DNA of 63,162 nt from Negaprion brevirostris (GCA_030324005.1 JARDVH010000133.1:31585164-31648325), one strand, 5' to 3'. Shown: positions 22,336-36,228, counted from the first letter of the stretch. Numbers and translations: made by a program. The notes: a model not told the origin generated them from the sequence alone.

Positions 22336-25218
22336 TTATTCAATGATACAATTTGAAGATCAAGGTGTCCTTGTGTGGGCCTAGCCAACTTTTATCCATC
22401 AGCCAAAGCCACTGGAAATTATCTGGTCATTATGCTCTTCACTATTTGTGAGTCCTTGATGTACACCAAGCATCTTTTGTGTTAGCCTTTGCCACAACAG
22501 TGATCAATGACTGCAAGGAATGTAGGGATGCCCTTAGGTTGTCAATTCAGTTTTTTAAAATTATGTATAATCTATACTGTACCATAACTCTATTCCAAAA
22601 GAACAACCTCCACCACTGTAAAATACCTTTCTCAAACCAGCAATCCCTGTGGTCTCTCTGTTTTGATGACTTGTGTTGAATTATTTTGCATTGAGGACCC
22701 ACACCAAAATATTGTAAAACTCTCTTTGCTCCAGGAATTGAAATATTTTAATTCCTTCTAATCCAAGTTAAATTCAAATAGATGTAGTTTGTAAACACTT
22801 GTGCAGTGGACGCTATTGTCTGACAAGCTCAGTGCAGAATTCCCTCAAGTTCTGAATTCAAATGTAGGGAACAACAGGTTGAAAGAATGTTCTCTTGCAT
22901 ATATTTGTGCCTGGAATCTTCCTCACAATAAATCGCAATTACCAGTAAAGAATACTTCACAACAGCAAGGGGGCAAAAAAATAGGTTTGCCCTCTGGCAG
23001 TCTGGTTTCAAAGTGTCGATGTATTTCAGCATTAACTTAGGAGTGCTGAGTAATCAAGAGGTCAAAACATATTATAATGAAAAGGGCCTCAAAATCGATG
23101 AAGAAAGCAAAAGGTTTTTCACCTACAGAGAAACAAATATTTGACGGAAAATGGGTAATCCTAGGATTCTCTCTCTTTTGTACTAAGCCCTTTAGATTTC
23201 AGTGGGGAAGGAGTGGAGTGAATCCTCCCTGCTGGACTTCCACTGTACTTGTACTACTTTGGTGCAAAACCACATTTTGGCTGGCAGCCTCAGGCAGATG
23301 CCTCACAAGTCACTTTGCAGGCATGGTGAATTCATTAATCTCAATCCCAGACAAAGTATGCCTCTATGAATTTCAGAGTCAGTAATGTCACCCTTAGTGA
23401 AACATGTTCTGTAGTAGGTGGAGGTTGCAGTGATGGGATGATGTTCTACATCCAACATGATGTTCAGATGAATGATTGGATGTAGATGTATTGCTGTGAT
23501 TCCACACACATACTAAAAGTGAAATTCACTGATGTAGAGCTAGCATCTGCATCAGGATGATGGGTTGGATGGCTTCAAGTGTTGAAATTTTGACAACTTT
23601 TCCAATGCCCACACTGTAATCTTTAGTTCAGCTCCCATAACTTTTGCTATTGCCAGCTCATGTAGCTTTTGGCTTTTATTGATTTTATAATGAAGTATAG
23701 TTCGGAAAGGCAGCATCTCATTAATGTGGGCTGCAAAATTATTATTCATTTGATTTTTAGTGCTTTAGTGGATTAAATTACAGGCTGCTCCACTGTAAAC
23801 ACAGATTTACCAGATACTGCTATTATTATTAGGTCAGATCTGAAAAATGTTTGTTAATCATGGTAAAATATTGAACAGATAGATGGAGGAACACTGTTCA
23901 TTTTCATTTCTTATAAAACTACTCATCTGCATCAAGAAACCTTTGACTTATATCCGATGGAAAAGATTGAAGTTGTGAAGAGATGCACAATTTCAGTTTC
24001 CTGCTGTGGTGTGATTAACGGAATAACGTACTCCCACTCAGAGTGCTTACTCATACATTAAAAACAAATTGTGTTAATAACATTCACCCATTGCTCTTTC
24101 AAAAGCTTGTTTGTACCAAAGTCCATTTAGACTGCTAATTGGAAACAGAAATCATGATATTGCTTCTCAATTGGTATCTTACCTGTTTCTACAAGAACTG
24201 TCACACTAGCTGTAAAGCACAATAAATAAGAATGACCTAACAGTAAATGTCGATTGAGTTCCCAGTAGCAATGGAATAATAGATTTAGCACAGATTCCAG
24301 CACCATTCTGTTAGGAACAAGGAGGGGAGCAGTTTAAATGAAACAAAACTTCTGTTTTTTTTAAAGCAGAGGAGGGAATGACTTACCATTGTCCAATATG
24401 CCAATTAGATGGGTCCACATTTTTCCCTAATAATGGTCTGACCACCATTCTGAAGTACTAAATTCCTCTGAGATGGTGGCAGGATTATTGCCGCCTGATT
24501 ACAATCTGTGTGACTCATGGAGCAAGTGTGAAGAACTGCATTTCAGAAGAATTTGAACTCATTAATACATTATTATTTTAGCTTCTGCCAGCTGTTTATA
24601 GAGGAATGTTGCTCTAATTTGCACACCAAACCACAAGTGCAATTCTACAATAGTCACTGCTCCAACAGTAAAGTGCTTTGAAACATTTCATTGCAATAAG
24701 GTGCTTTGTAAAGCAAAATGTTATTAATACTACCATTTTAAAAAGTATCTCAGATTTATGGTACTCTAGTCAACAGGAAGAAGCAGCCACTGTTATGATA
24801 AATGCCACGTTTCACATTGGAATGACAGAACTTTTTTCTTCCACATTTCTCTCCTCCTCTCCTGAAAGACAGGACTCATGCTGGGAAATGGTTTCATTAA
24901 GTACCAGCAGCCCACAAATACTTTTCTCAAGTGGTTATTCTTCAAAAGTGAGCCTAAAGCGCTGAGGGAAATTGCAGTCAAGCCCAAACCTATTCATACA
25001 ATGCCCACATGTCGACTTTTCAGAAAATTATCACCGGATAGCAATATAGAGTGTGAATATTGACCGGTTTTTTCAGGACCAATTTCAGAAAAAATTGGTC
25101 CTGAAAAAAATGATCAGGTCATTCTATAGAAACTACTCATTCGTGAAGTTAGGAACTCTGCTTCACACAAGGCTGATAGAAATGTGGAACTTCCTATTAC
25201 AAAAAAAAAGTAGATACC

Positions 25219-25346
25219 GGGCGGAACTTTACCGGCACATCTGCCCAGGTTTTGCACGATCCCGCCCGAGGCCAATGGAGAATGCCATTCTCCGAGCTGA
25301 GCCCGCCCCCAGAATGGGGGGCTGACATGCCAGTAAAATTCCGACC
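25219..25346. mobile_element. Short MITE with ~19-bp TIRs, inserted in a CR1 tail
   Basis: GGGCGGAACTTTACCGGCA ... TGCCAGTAAAATTCCGACC. Confidence 0.7.
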
Positions 25347-28300
25347 ACGAGTTCAATTAATCATTTTAAATCTCAGATGGATAAATTTTTGCTAGTCCAG
25401 GATATTAAGGGATGCTGAGTCAAGATGAGTGTATGGAGATAGGACTCAAATCAATCATGATCTCACTGAATGACAGAACAAGCTTCGAACGTTGAATGAA
25501 CTGCTTCTGTCTATATTGTCTTTCCCAACTATTCCACCAGAGGAGGAGAGAATGCCCATTTACATTTTTGGGATCAATTTCCACACCTGAGTATATAATA
25601 CCTGAAAACCTCAGANNNNNNNNNNNNNNNNNNNNNNNNNNNNNNNNNNNNNNNNNNNNNNNNNNNNNNNNNNNNNNNNNNNNNNNNNNNNNNNNNNNNN
25701 NNNNNNNNNNNNNNNNNNNNNNNNNNNNNNNNAATAACATAACATGTCTTTCTGGTCCCTCCCCACCCACCCCCCCATGTCCCGATTCCAACTTTTACAC
25801 TGAAGACAGCATGGCACCAAAAATATACAACTGTGTCCATGACACAGTACGCAAGAATCCTTTAAAAAGATACAGATATTTGACTAAAAGGGGATGGGGA
25901 AAGAGGGAGGGAAGAGGTCAGACATTCTGTATATAGGATGCTCCTTTTGTTTTAGAATATATACATCAGTTTGATATAATACTAACAAGATTCAGTCAAT
26001 AAACAAAAGCTTAAAAAACATTTTCTCGTTTTTTTTAAATTCAAGCACTGTATAGAAGTTGAAGATGCAGCATATCTTCGTGGGGGCTAATGTGGGCTTT
26101 GTACCACGCGCTTCGTATGACGCATGTTTCCCACTGAATATGACAGTAACATGCCCAACCCTGGATCATTCCAGCCTTGGTGCTCTGCACCTTTTATTAG
26201 CGTAATTCACCAGATTAAACAATAAAGAATTAGGGGATGGTTAAATTTGAGGATATATGAGCTTCATGAGCTTTTACATGATTTATTTTTCCATTTATTA
26301 TGCTCCTTGAGTGAAGCACTGCTGATGGTCATCCTTTCATTTGTTTGAAATTAAACAATCTTCTTGGTTACCAACTGGCCATTTGTGTGCGTGGAAATCC
26401 AATATTGGTCAAATAGAAGCCTCCTGTGGTAAGCGTCAGAATGTGCACTCGCCTGAGCCCAAATTTCCTGGAGTTTCTTTCCAAGATTTTCCACTGTGCT
26501 GCAGGTCGATTGTCGTGGGCATGAATCTGAGCATGGTCAGATCTCCAGGATCGAGCTTCAGTATGCTCAGAAATCATTTGAAATTTATTTGCCAAACACC
26601 ATAAGAATCATGATCAAAACAGCTCAACGCAATGGCTGCCATATTGCTCCCCCAACCGATTTACACTCGGTTTCCTGGGACTTGATTTGCGAAACTTGGG
26701 GCACAGTAACAGGGATTAGTTAAAGCACTTAAATGTTAAACCACGTAGGCCACCACTAGAAATGCTGCAACTCTCAGTACATCCTTAAAAGCATTTCTTC
26801 AGCAGTATAAAGTACAGGAATTAACCCGATTCAGACAGCCTCATTAATGCAAAGCAGCTTCTTTCACATCCCTGAAAACTGGTGCAAAAAATATGATTTT
26901 AAAGTTTAAAAAAAAACCCTAAAGAGCTAATGAATTCAAATTATTTGTTGTGCAGAGACTCAAAAGGGCACAAAATTTACCACAAGCTGATGTCATAAAC
27001 CACTGCTATATTGCTATGATCTGCCACTATGAATTCTGCAACGAACATAATTAAAATTAGATTTCAGCCGAAAGACCTGCCCATTTACCCAGCTCATGGT
27101 ACTTTGCTCTTGGGCTGCAAGTGCATCTCATTGCTCAATATTAACCCTCAAAGGCTAATACTGGTCTTTCTGGATATAAGGTGAGGAATTGGCGCGGTCT
27201 TAGTGGTCTAGATGACTGGAGAACATTAGGACTGAGAATATGATCAAAAAGAATAAAATGGATTGGAAACTCACATAAACCAATGGGGATTTACATACAT
27301 GAGTACATCAAAATGAATGAGATACACACTAAAGATTAGAGTTTGCGTCAAATTGTTATCACATGAGAGGGAATTATGCTTGCTGGCTCTTATGATTTAA
27401 AAAAACTTTTCGTTGGCACTGTGTAGTGAGCACTAATTGAAGAATAACACATTCAGTTACATTTTTCTATCAGCCCTTAGTCTGTTAAATTTAGTTACCT
27501 GTGGATTAAAATCAACAGTAATGCTGCAGAAGATGTCTATTAACGATGGTTGGTCATTTGTCCTGATCCTTTGTCAATAGAATTCTGATTCTATCACATT
27601 ACCCCCTTTTCTGTAATGCATGCTGATAAAATATTTCTTCAGGTTTCTATGCAGCAATAATTTGTTTTACAGTGCACCTGGAGCATTAATCTCCTAACCT
27701 ATGGAAAATGCAAACAAATGACAATGTCACTACGTGTTTGGCTAATTTTACTGTGCATTCAATTTTACTTTAGACCTACATAATGTTTCGATTGTCACAA
27801 ACACTTCTTTTATTCTGTTTCATACCTCATCATTATTTACTGGCATGCAGTCTACCTGTGGATACATTAGCAACTTTAGCCATTGTTCAGAAATGAGAGT
27901 CACTCTCAGTATATGGGGAAATTGGAAGATTTGCAAGATTATCAGTTAGGTCAATGGCATGACAGAATTTCTTTTGTAAATCAAGTTCTAAACATTAAAT
28001 TCAAAATTTAAACCATACAGATCTGAGCACAGAATGCAAACTCAACTGAGGGATTTCAATGATACTAGATATTTCAAGTGTAAAACTTAAATCAATTTAT
28101 AACCATTGTAACCCTGAGATTGAATCAAAGCAGCACAATCATTCTCTGCTATAATATAACATTGCAAGGACCATATATGGGGTTCTTGGCAGCATTTTTG
28201 GTTTGCACAGACTGGGAATATCAACAGATTCTAGGATGCCAATGCATACAATTGCATTATCAATTGTGACTGAGAAATTTTATGTTTGCAATGTCTGTAG

Positions 28301-28456
28301 GGCAGGAAGTCCATGCGTCTTTTGCTACACACCAGCTGTAAACTTTGTTGGAGTGCACTGAAAGAGCCCCAAGTTAGGCTGGAGTCTTGATGCACCTGGC
28401 CTTAACCGTACATTAAATACATAGACCCTGTTTGTGCCGAGATCAAAGCCAGTTTT

Positions 28457-28502
28457 TAGCAAGGTCAGAAACTTAGCAAGGTCAGAAACATAGCAAGGGC
28501 AG
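28457..28502. repeat. 17-bp tandem repeat, ~2.7 copies (TAGCAAGGTCAGAAACW)
   Basis: Seen directly in the sequence. Confidence 0.85.
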
Positions 28503-29330
28503 GGATGGACACTCACAACACAAGGATTTTACATATTTAGCTATGCATTAGTCAGGCAAACCACTAGTAGCTGGTATGCCATTTGAAACAATAAGTGATC
28601 AGCTAATTGTTAGATGTGGACTTCCAGGTACTCCAAGCTTCTGGCCAAGAATTTTTAGTTTAGAATGCAAAGGAAAATCAAATAACATTAGAACTGAAAA
28701 CTTGTGTTTTCTAATTGGATGACTAACATACCTTCCTTTACTAAGTGTGCTACCTCACATTCCCATCATGATTCTGATATGCATCACTGAACAAACTTTT
28801 AAACAGATTTTGTAAGAAAGAAAATTGGTGAATTTTGATATTGAAAGATCACCCTAATGTTATTTAGCTGGAAATAATTGAGGTTACAGCCCCATTCCTA
28901 GCTAGTGTTACTGCAACAAGATGGGGGAATGCCTTCTTGTTCACTGGAGATGCTTTTTAATAATTTGTAAATTATTTTACCTTTGCAAATAAAAGTAATT
29001 TCAGGAATATTTATGAATCTCCCGTTACTTATTTTTTCTACTCTTAGAACATGGACAGCAAGGCTGTTACTTGCATGCTACCAGGTTCTATCATAAGTAA
29101 TCAAGCTAGCTTAGTAAGCATTTCTGGATTATATATCCACGGAAAGATTAAGAAGTCACAAATTGGAGTCACTGATCATTTCCACTACCCTTGCAAGTGT
29201 ATACCAACATTTCAGCTGGGTTATCTGGGCTGTGGTCAAGTGTTAAATGTAATACAATTTTGAATTACTATCTAAAAAGGCACATTAAGAAAGTATAACA
29301 ATATTACTAAAACATTTGGCACAGGATTTA

Positions 29331-29871
29331 AGTATTGCTGAAAGAAAGAGACATGTTATTGAAGTGTTTTGTCTTGCAATCATCAAGACAACTACACAGA
29401 ATAAACAAATAGTAAAGGGAATAATAATTTATACTGCAAGAGGAGTGAGTGCTGATTGGTTGGCAAGTGGACTCTGATGGGTTGAGACATTGCCATGGTG
29501 AATACAGCAGAGAACTCCCAAGATTTTGTTTCAAATTTCTTCTGTTCGCAAGGAGTATGTCCACACATGACCCATTTTTCAACTAAACAAAAGCTGCAAG
29601 GACAGCCAGTCCCTAGTTAATTCCCCCATGACAACGCCTTGACCACAGTCGACCTACCTGGTTTGAATTTGAAACAAAAGCTTGGCAGTCAACTGCTCTC
29701 TGCTGCATTCACCATGGCAACACCACTAGCAGAATCCACTTGTCAACCAATCAGCACTCTCACGTTATGCGTGATAAATTCTTTCCTTTACTGTTAGTTT
29801 ATCTTGTATAGCTGCCTTGATGAGTGCAAGACAAAAAAACTTTGACAGCATGTCTCTTTCTGCAGCATTAC
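29331..29871. mobile_element. Long inverted-repeat element (~210-bp arms), Penelope pLTR-like
   Basis: 29331-29540 is a colinear inverted copy of ~29663-29871; each arm has CCAATCAG, a TATA-like site and TTGATGA(G/T)TGCAAGACAAAA. Confidence 0.75.
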
Positions 29872-32800
29872 TGTTAGAAAGTTTTTTTTAGATTTTACAT
29901 CCACCCATTTGTCATAAAAAAAGTCTTTGTAATTGTTGTCAATAATTTTAGTGCACATGCATGACACAACAATTAAAATCTGCAAAATCTTCCTTAAGCT
30001 CCCTCTCCAGCAAATGTATATTAGTGAGATTGCCTATTTATAGTGGTTTATGAAACACTATGGTCCAATATCCCATTTGTAGATATGGTGGGGAGGAGAA
30101 CTATTTACAGAACCAACAGAAAGATGAAGCTTTTCTCACCGAGGCTGCACATAGCCTGTCTCCATTTGAGTGTTCACTGATTTTATTAATGATGCACATA
30201 ATGCAATGAATATAAAACAATTACAAATAGTGGTGTTTTATCATTCGTGATTTCTAATGTTTTATGTAGCCTCCCTGGGTTTAATTTTTCACACTATGTT
30301 ACTGACAGAATGTGCATTGTTAAAGAATATTGACTTAATGCTAACATTTTAACAATGTTAACAAGACTAACATTCACTTGTAGAATGGACACTGCTCACT
30401 CATATGGGGATGATATAAAGTGCTTTCTCCACAATTCACTCCTTCCTGAAACACATTATAAAATGTACATCAAGAATCTTACACAAACTCAAAAGCCAAA
30501 AGTTCTTACTCACGACTGAATCCAAAACAGAATCAAAGAAGAGGACGCTCCTGAGTTACAAGAACATCTGCTTTTAATAAGCGACTTCCCTCTACCATCA
30601 GAGAAAAGTATCTGCAAATGGCACTCAGTTTTTGTACTGCTGATTTATTTATTTGGGTTATGCCATCTGAATAAAGGCCCTTTCCATGTTGTTTATGTTT
30701 TTCAAGTTTAGCTGTTTTACAACAATCTCAGCCATGCACATTGTTTAAAAAAAACGCCCTAGGTGGTTAACCTATGCCAATTTTTCAGGTCTCTGACGCA
30801 AGACTGTTCCGATGCCTGATATGTAACATATGTGCATTTCTTATGCCACTAATATGAAGCAATATTTGAAAAACAGCAGGAAAGATTTTGTCTTTATGTT
30901 AAACACTGCCTAGGTGTAGCATAGAGGGGGAAACTGGACAGAGAGAATGGGATGCCTGCTACAGAACCCATCTGATTCTCTTCCCACTTTCTGGGAGTTT
31001 CTGTTAGGGACCTTCAACATTCCCTATCCAATTCTCCTCTCTAGTCTCTGGAAAAAACAAAAAATAGCTGAGTGTTACAGGATTATGAGGGTAACTATGG
31101 CAACAAATATCATTATCAGAAAAGTTTCTGTTGAAATAAGTTATTTTTTGTCCAGAAAATAAACTACAAAAAGGATGCATTATCAGAGATAACTCTACAA
31201 TAATGTAGAATTACTAATTTGGGTACTAACTGGTTATATCTGGTAATCATATCTTAATGATTTTGTTTGCACATAGACACTATTTTAGAGAAAAATTAAA
31301 TCATGCCTGTGCTACCTTAACACCAGGTGGCATTGTGAAATAGTGTAATTACAAGTGTACTGTATCCATTTTCATTGTTTTGTGGGTCAATGAGGGGAAG
31401 AGGACGGGAAACAAAGTGGCAAAATGTTTTCCTCCATAAGCGAGAAATGAACATCAATTTTCTTATTGTATCATAGGTATCAATGTTAACCAACTAACCC
31501 CTGCTTTGGCTTCAACAGTGCCATCTCCGACATCCTTGTAACATGTCTGGGGTACATACTCATTGCTGATTTAAAGAACAAGCAAGTAACATAATCACTC
31601 TTGGTAACAGAAATCATTATTATCGCATCATCCTGAACGACAATCAATCAAACTGACCATAGACTAGTTTTGTTCCATCATTCTGACTCTTATTTCTAAT
31701 AAAGCAGCAGACCATGGCAATGGTGTGGTAAATTTTGAGCCCATCCTGTCCTTGGTATTATTACTTCTCAGTACGCACTAAATGTCGAAGTTCTAAACAA
31801 AAATATAACCAGAAAAAATTATACACATCATCTGTGTTTTTTCTTTACAGTTGAAATATGAGGTTTAAACATTTTAGTGGTACTTTAGCTAAAACAAAAT
31901 GCAACAAAAAAGAATTTCAGCGTTGATGTTGCTCCCTAAATTCGGATTAATAGCTGACCCTTGTTGTGACTGACCAGTTATTAAAATGTAACAATGCATT
32001 GTCACTGTTCATAGAAGACATGTCGATAAAGCAACTCATGCTACGCAATCACCATTTAAAGATATTCTCAAGTTGTGACCACGGATTCTTGGTATATTAG
32101 TTCTTAAACATTATGTACACTTGCACAGTAATATCTATGATAAATATTTTCTCTTCGATCATTGTTTTTTTTAAAAATCTTCCTTAATCTGTAAAGTCCA
32201 TTGGCACTTTGCACTTCACGGTGGGAAGGGGACAAAGACTTTACAAAACAAATCAAGTGCTGTGTGGATCAGAGGTTTTGTAGAATGTGGGGATTCATAA
32301 TTTCTTTTGTCTCACTGAAGTAAAGGTTGAGTTGCAGCACACCTTTATGTCCATTCAAAGCAATGACTTCAAAATCCTCCGAACTGTGGCAAGTAATCTG
32401 ACAATGGAATGGTGTCCAGTAATCCTGGATCAGTATCTGTAAACACAGAAACCAGGACCAGGCTAGGTCTGTAGATCAGCATCTAATTAAGTACAATAAC
32501 TGAAAATTGCCCAGCAGTAGCAGAACAGTCCACACTGGAACCAGGCATCACAGAAGCACGATGGGTCATGAATCAGTAACTATAGTTATATATCCAGTAG
32601 NNNNATATTTGGCAAAAACACACTGAGCCATGTCATTCGTTATCCATAGAAACTCGACAATGAAGTGTGACTGTGTTGTCATCTAGCAACCACTGAAACC
32701 CTATCAACAAAACAGGCCACAAAGCAACATCCAAGTAGCCATGAAAATGTAGCGATGGCTGAGAGCGGTTATAACATGTTGGCAACCTGGTGATCCAGTG

Positions 32801-33524
32801 TGGCAGCAATCGTTCTCTTGTCATCATAAAAACATTGCAATTAGCAGGGCTGTGGGGCTGGGTGGGGCAAGGGAAGGGCGGGGAGAGAAATTAAGCACCG
32901 ACACACTGTTGTTTATCACAATCCGCAGAACAAGAATCAAATGTAACTGCTCTGGTAACCATAGAAACAAAGTAATCCATCATCCAACTGATGTTTACAA
33001 TCACCCAATCTTAGGTACGTACAGAAAGCAGCAGCTGGTAAACACAAGATACGTGGCAAGATAGCGAGTCTGAAACAGCAAAAGAAATCCAGGTCAAATG
33101 ATGATGATATTGGCACATGGTGCTATTGGTGACAGATGTCACAAAACAGCATTTTGAGAGGCGAGCGACAGATGGACCACCAATGATGGGTCAATGTTCT
33201 ATGTGATATGTTGCAGTCCAGGATGATTCTATGAAAATCTGATTGAATCAGTGACTGAAAACGCAGGTCCAGTCAGCCACTTGCTTTGTACGTCAATGTT
33301 CCACCGACCCTCTGATATGAAGCAAAGAACACCACCAGGGCGCAATGACACATGACAAAATAAATTTTCCAAAATTATTTGGCAACATCCTCTAGTCCAT
33401 TCCTGTGGAGTTGGCTCATGAACCGCAGTGGTCACTGTGGTTGCAGTTAACAGATGCTACACTCGTTCATCAATACTTCCAATAAAAATACACATCCAAA
33501 CTGTTCCAAAAAGTCTCACATTCA

Positions 33525-33632
33525 TATCTACATACATGTATGCATATATATTTATATATATATATTTTATATATATCTATATGCACATATAGATATATAT
33601 ATATTTCCACATATATATATATATTTATACAC
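33525..33632. repeat. Degenerate (TA)n microsatellite in the proximal 3' UTR
   Basis: Seen directly in the sequence. Confidence 0.85.
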
Positions 33633-33769
33633 ATCCTATTTTATGGGATCATATAATTAACTAATAACAACACGCTGGACCACGTACGAGGCAATATAGA
33701 AGTAGTTTTGCACAAAACCATCCTCAGGTCTCTTGTTTCTGTTCCCCACTCACACACAAGCACTCTCCC

Positions 33770-33931
33770 TTAAAGCCCATTGCTGTTCCTGTGGCTGAGG
33801 GGGGGTTTGGTCAGCTCTACCACCGCTGAACGTGACTTATTCAGCATCTTAGGAGCTCTTCGCAGGACCCTCTGAGCCTCATTAAAGGCTTCTGTTAATT
33901 CTTTCTTCCACTGGATGAACTCTGGGTCACT
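33770..33931 (-). CDS. GRK3: GRK3 terminal coding exon: [53 protein letters not shown]
   Basis: 162 nt including TAA at 33770-33772; strong pyrimidine-rich acceptor ...CCCCCAG; C-terminus HRNSNGL as in human GRK3. Confidence 0.97.
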   Translation of the reverse strand, partial: SDPEFIQWKKELTEAFNEAQRVLRRAPKMLNKSRSAVVELTKPPLSHRNSNGL

Positions 33932-34623
33932 CTGGGGGAAAAAAAGAGAACGCAGAGGAGTTATTGTAAGACGATGTGCTTTTATTTGATTTTCCTAATT
34001 TTCTTCTGGAGCCACAGATTAGTGCTAGGGTGCTGGTTTTATGACTACTGAGGGCCTTCTGACATCTTTCCCAAAGTTATTTGGGATTCATAATAGTCAA
34101 TATTAGCAAGATATTTGATCCTGTCTTCACCCAAAGTTCATACATGAGCATTTTACAACAGTGGTTCTTTGCCCAGGCAACCTTTCCCTCAGAAGAAACA
34201 GACTTGCTGAACAGAGAAATGGCCCAATCTTTAATCAAGAGAGATGTTGCTCCTTTCATTGTGTGAAGTAAGTAATTAACTCTGTCATAAAGGATTTCTA
34301 TTTTGATCAGGGTGAATAATAAACATCCTGTGAACATTTTCCAATAATCTTATATCCATTCTTCCAGCAGGTATAATGATAGGTATATGGAGTATAAAAT
34401 GTGAGGTTTCTGTTCTATGTATTACCTATCTGTCCTGAATGAGAAAGCTGATGTCAAATTGTGCTCAATTCTGAATGAGAGCCAATGCTAATTAGAATCT
34501 AAATTGAGACTGGCAAATTATTTCATACAGTGTCTTACAAAGATTAGATTAGGGCTTTCATCCCAACAGTACAAGGGTTCATTTCTGGTCCTCAAAAGTG
34601 GAAGATCAGTTTCTAACTTGGTG

Positions 34624-35672
34624 ATTGGTGGTTGTAGAGGGTTGTTTTACAAACTGGAGGCCTGTTACCAGCGGTGTGCTTGAGGAATCGGTGCTGGGTC
34701 CATTGTTATTTGTCATTTATATTAATGGTTTGGATGAGAATTTCAGAGGCATGGTTAGTAAGTTTGCAAATGACACCAAGATTGGTGGCTTAGTGGACAG
34801 TGAAGAAGGTCATCAAGGATTGCAGTGGGATCTTGATCAATTGCGCCAGTGGGCTGACGAATGGCAGAAGTTGTTTAATTTAAAGAAATGTGAGGTGATG
34901 CATTTTGGTTGATTGAACCAGGGCAGGACTTACTCAGTTAATGGTAAGGCACTGGGGAGAGTTATAGAACAAAGAGATCTAGGGGTACAGGTTCATAGTT
35001 CCTTGAAAGTGGAGTTATAGGTGGACAGAGTGGTGAAGAAGGCATTTGGCATGCTTGGTCTCATTGGTAAGAACATTGAATATAGGAGTTGAGATGTCTT
35101 GTTGAATTGTCCAAGACAATGGTAAGGCCACACTTGGAATGCTGCGTACAGTTCTGGTCACCCTAATATAGAAAGGATATTATTAAACTAGAAAGAGTGC
35201 AGAAGAGATTTACTAGGATGATACCAGGACTTGATGGTTTGAGATACAAGGAGAGGCTGGATAGACTGGGACTTTTTCTCTGGAGTGTAGGAGGCTTAGG
35301 GGTGATCTTATAGAGGTCTATAAAATAATGAGGGGCATAGATCAGCTAGATGGTCAATATTTTTTCCCAAAAGTAGGGGAGTCTAAAACTAGAGGGCATA
35401 TGTTTATGGCGAGACTGGAGAGATACAAAAGTGTCCAGAGGGGCAATTTTTTTACTCAGAGGGTGGTGAGTGTCTGGAATAAGCTGCCAGAGGTAGTAGT
35501 AGAGGCAGGCTCAATTTTGTCTTTTAAAAAGTGTTTGACAGTTACATGGGTAAGATGGCTATAGAGGGATATGGGCCAAACGCGGGCAATTGGGTCTAGT
35601 TTAGGAGTTAAAAAGAGGATAGCATTGATAGGTTGGGCCAAAAGGCCTGTTTCCGTGCTGTAAACCTCTGTG
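34624..35672 (+). mobile_element. 5'-truncated CR1 LINE (HER1-like), relatively young, in the last GRK3 intron
   Basis: ORFs 34625..34912 (VTSGVLEESVLGPLLFVIYIN..KFANDTKIGG) and 35328..35564 (FFTQRVVSVWNKLP); CR1 tail. Confidence 0.92.
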
Positions 35673-35934
35673 AGTTTCTGACTTTTTTTTTAAACAAGCA
35701 ACCGTTATGATACTAACCTGTGTACTATTTATTTAACAATAAATTATCTTCATGAACACAAATCTAATCAGGACTGTTACGTAATAAATTGGTTCAAGCC
35801 CACTCCTGCATGTCCTGATGCAACAATGTGACATTTTACTTCATACTACCTGTACTTATAATCCATGGCTACAGCCAGGCATGCATAAGGTTATGCGAAT
35901 AATTAGCACTAATTGTGTCTGAACACTATCTAAA

Positions 35935-36190
35935 TATGAGTCATATGGATTCAAAATGTTGGCCGTGACTCTACCACCTCGCCCGACATGGAATCGGAAT
36001 GGGCAAGGATCCACAACGGAAATCTCCTTGGGCGGGAATTTTTGGTCTCGCCTGAGCAAGGTGGTAAAATCCTACCCATTATTGCTGTTTCTCTCTCCAC
36101 AAACACTGCCAAACTTGCTGAGTTCAGCCAGCATTTTCTGTTTTTATTACAGATTTCCAGCACCCACAGAATTTTGCTTTTATTTTATAG
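35935..36190 (+). mobile_element. Second Penelope-like terminal repeat family (CTCTCTCCACA...GCATTTTCTGTTTTTATT) with a small TIR element inserted at ~35961-36077
   Basis: Related copies at 48838-49010 (inverted pair), 50335-50433 and 61612-61700; inserted TIRs GGCCGTGACTCTACCACCTCGC and GCAAGGTGGTAAAATCCTACCC. Confidence 0.55.
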
Positions 36191-36228
36191 TGTCTAAACA
36201 CTAGACTGTTTTGTGCCCTGAACACTCA

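Larger units (their letters stand above)
26270..33769 (-). other. GRK3: Probable long 3' UTR of GRK3; end uncertain
   Basis: Repeat-poor AT-rich stretch downstream of the stop; minus-strand AATAAA candidates near 30644, 30182, 26295, 26282 and 26194; ATTAAA with downstream GU-rich tract near 22747. Confidence 0.5.

Noticed and set aside
22790-32445. Three TGTTTACA (miR-30 seed / FOXO motif) sites on the minus strand at 22790, 23794 and 32438
   Set aside because: The same 8-mer occurs outside the putative UTR (~1100, 17621, 18723), so enrichment cannot be claimed
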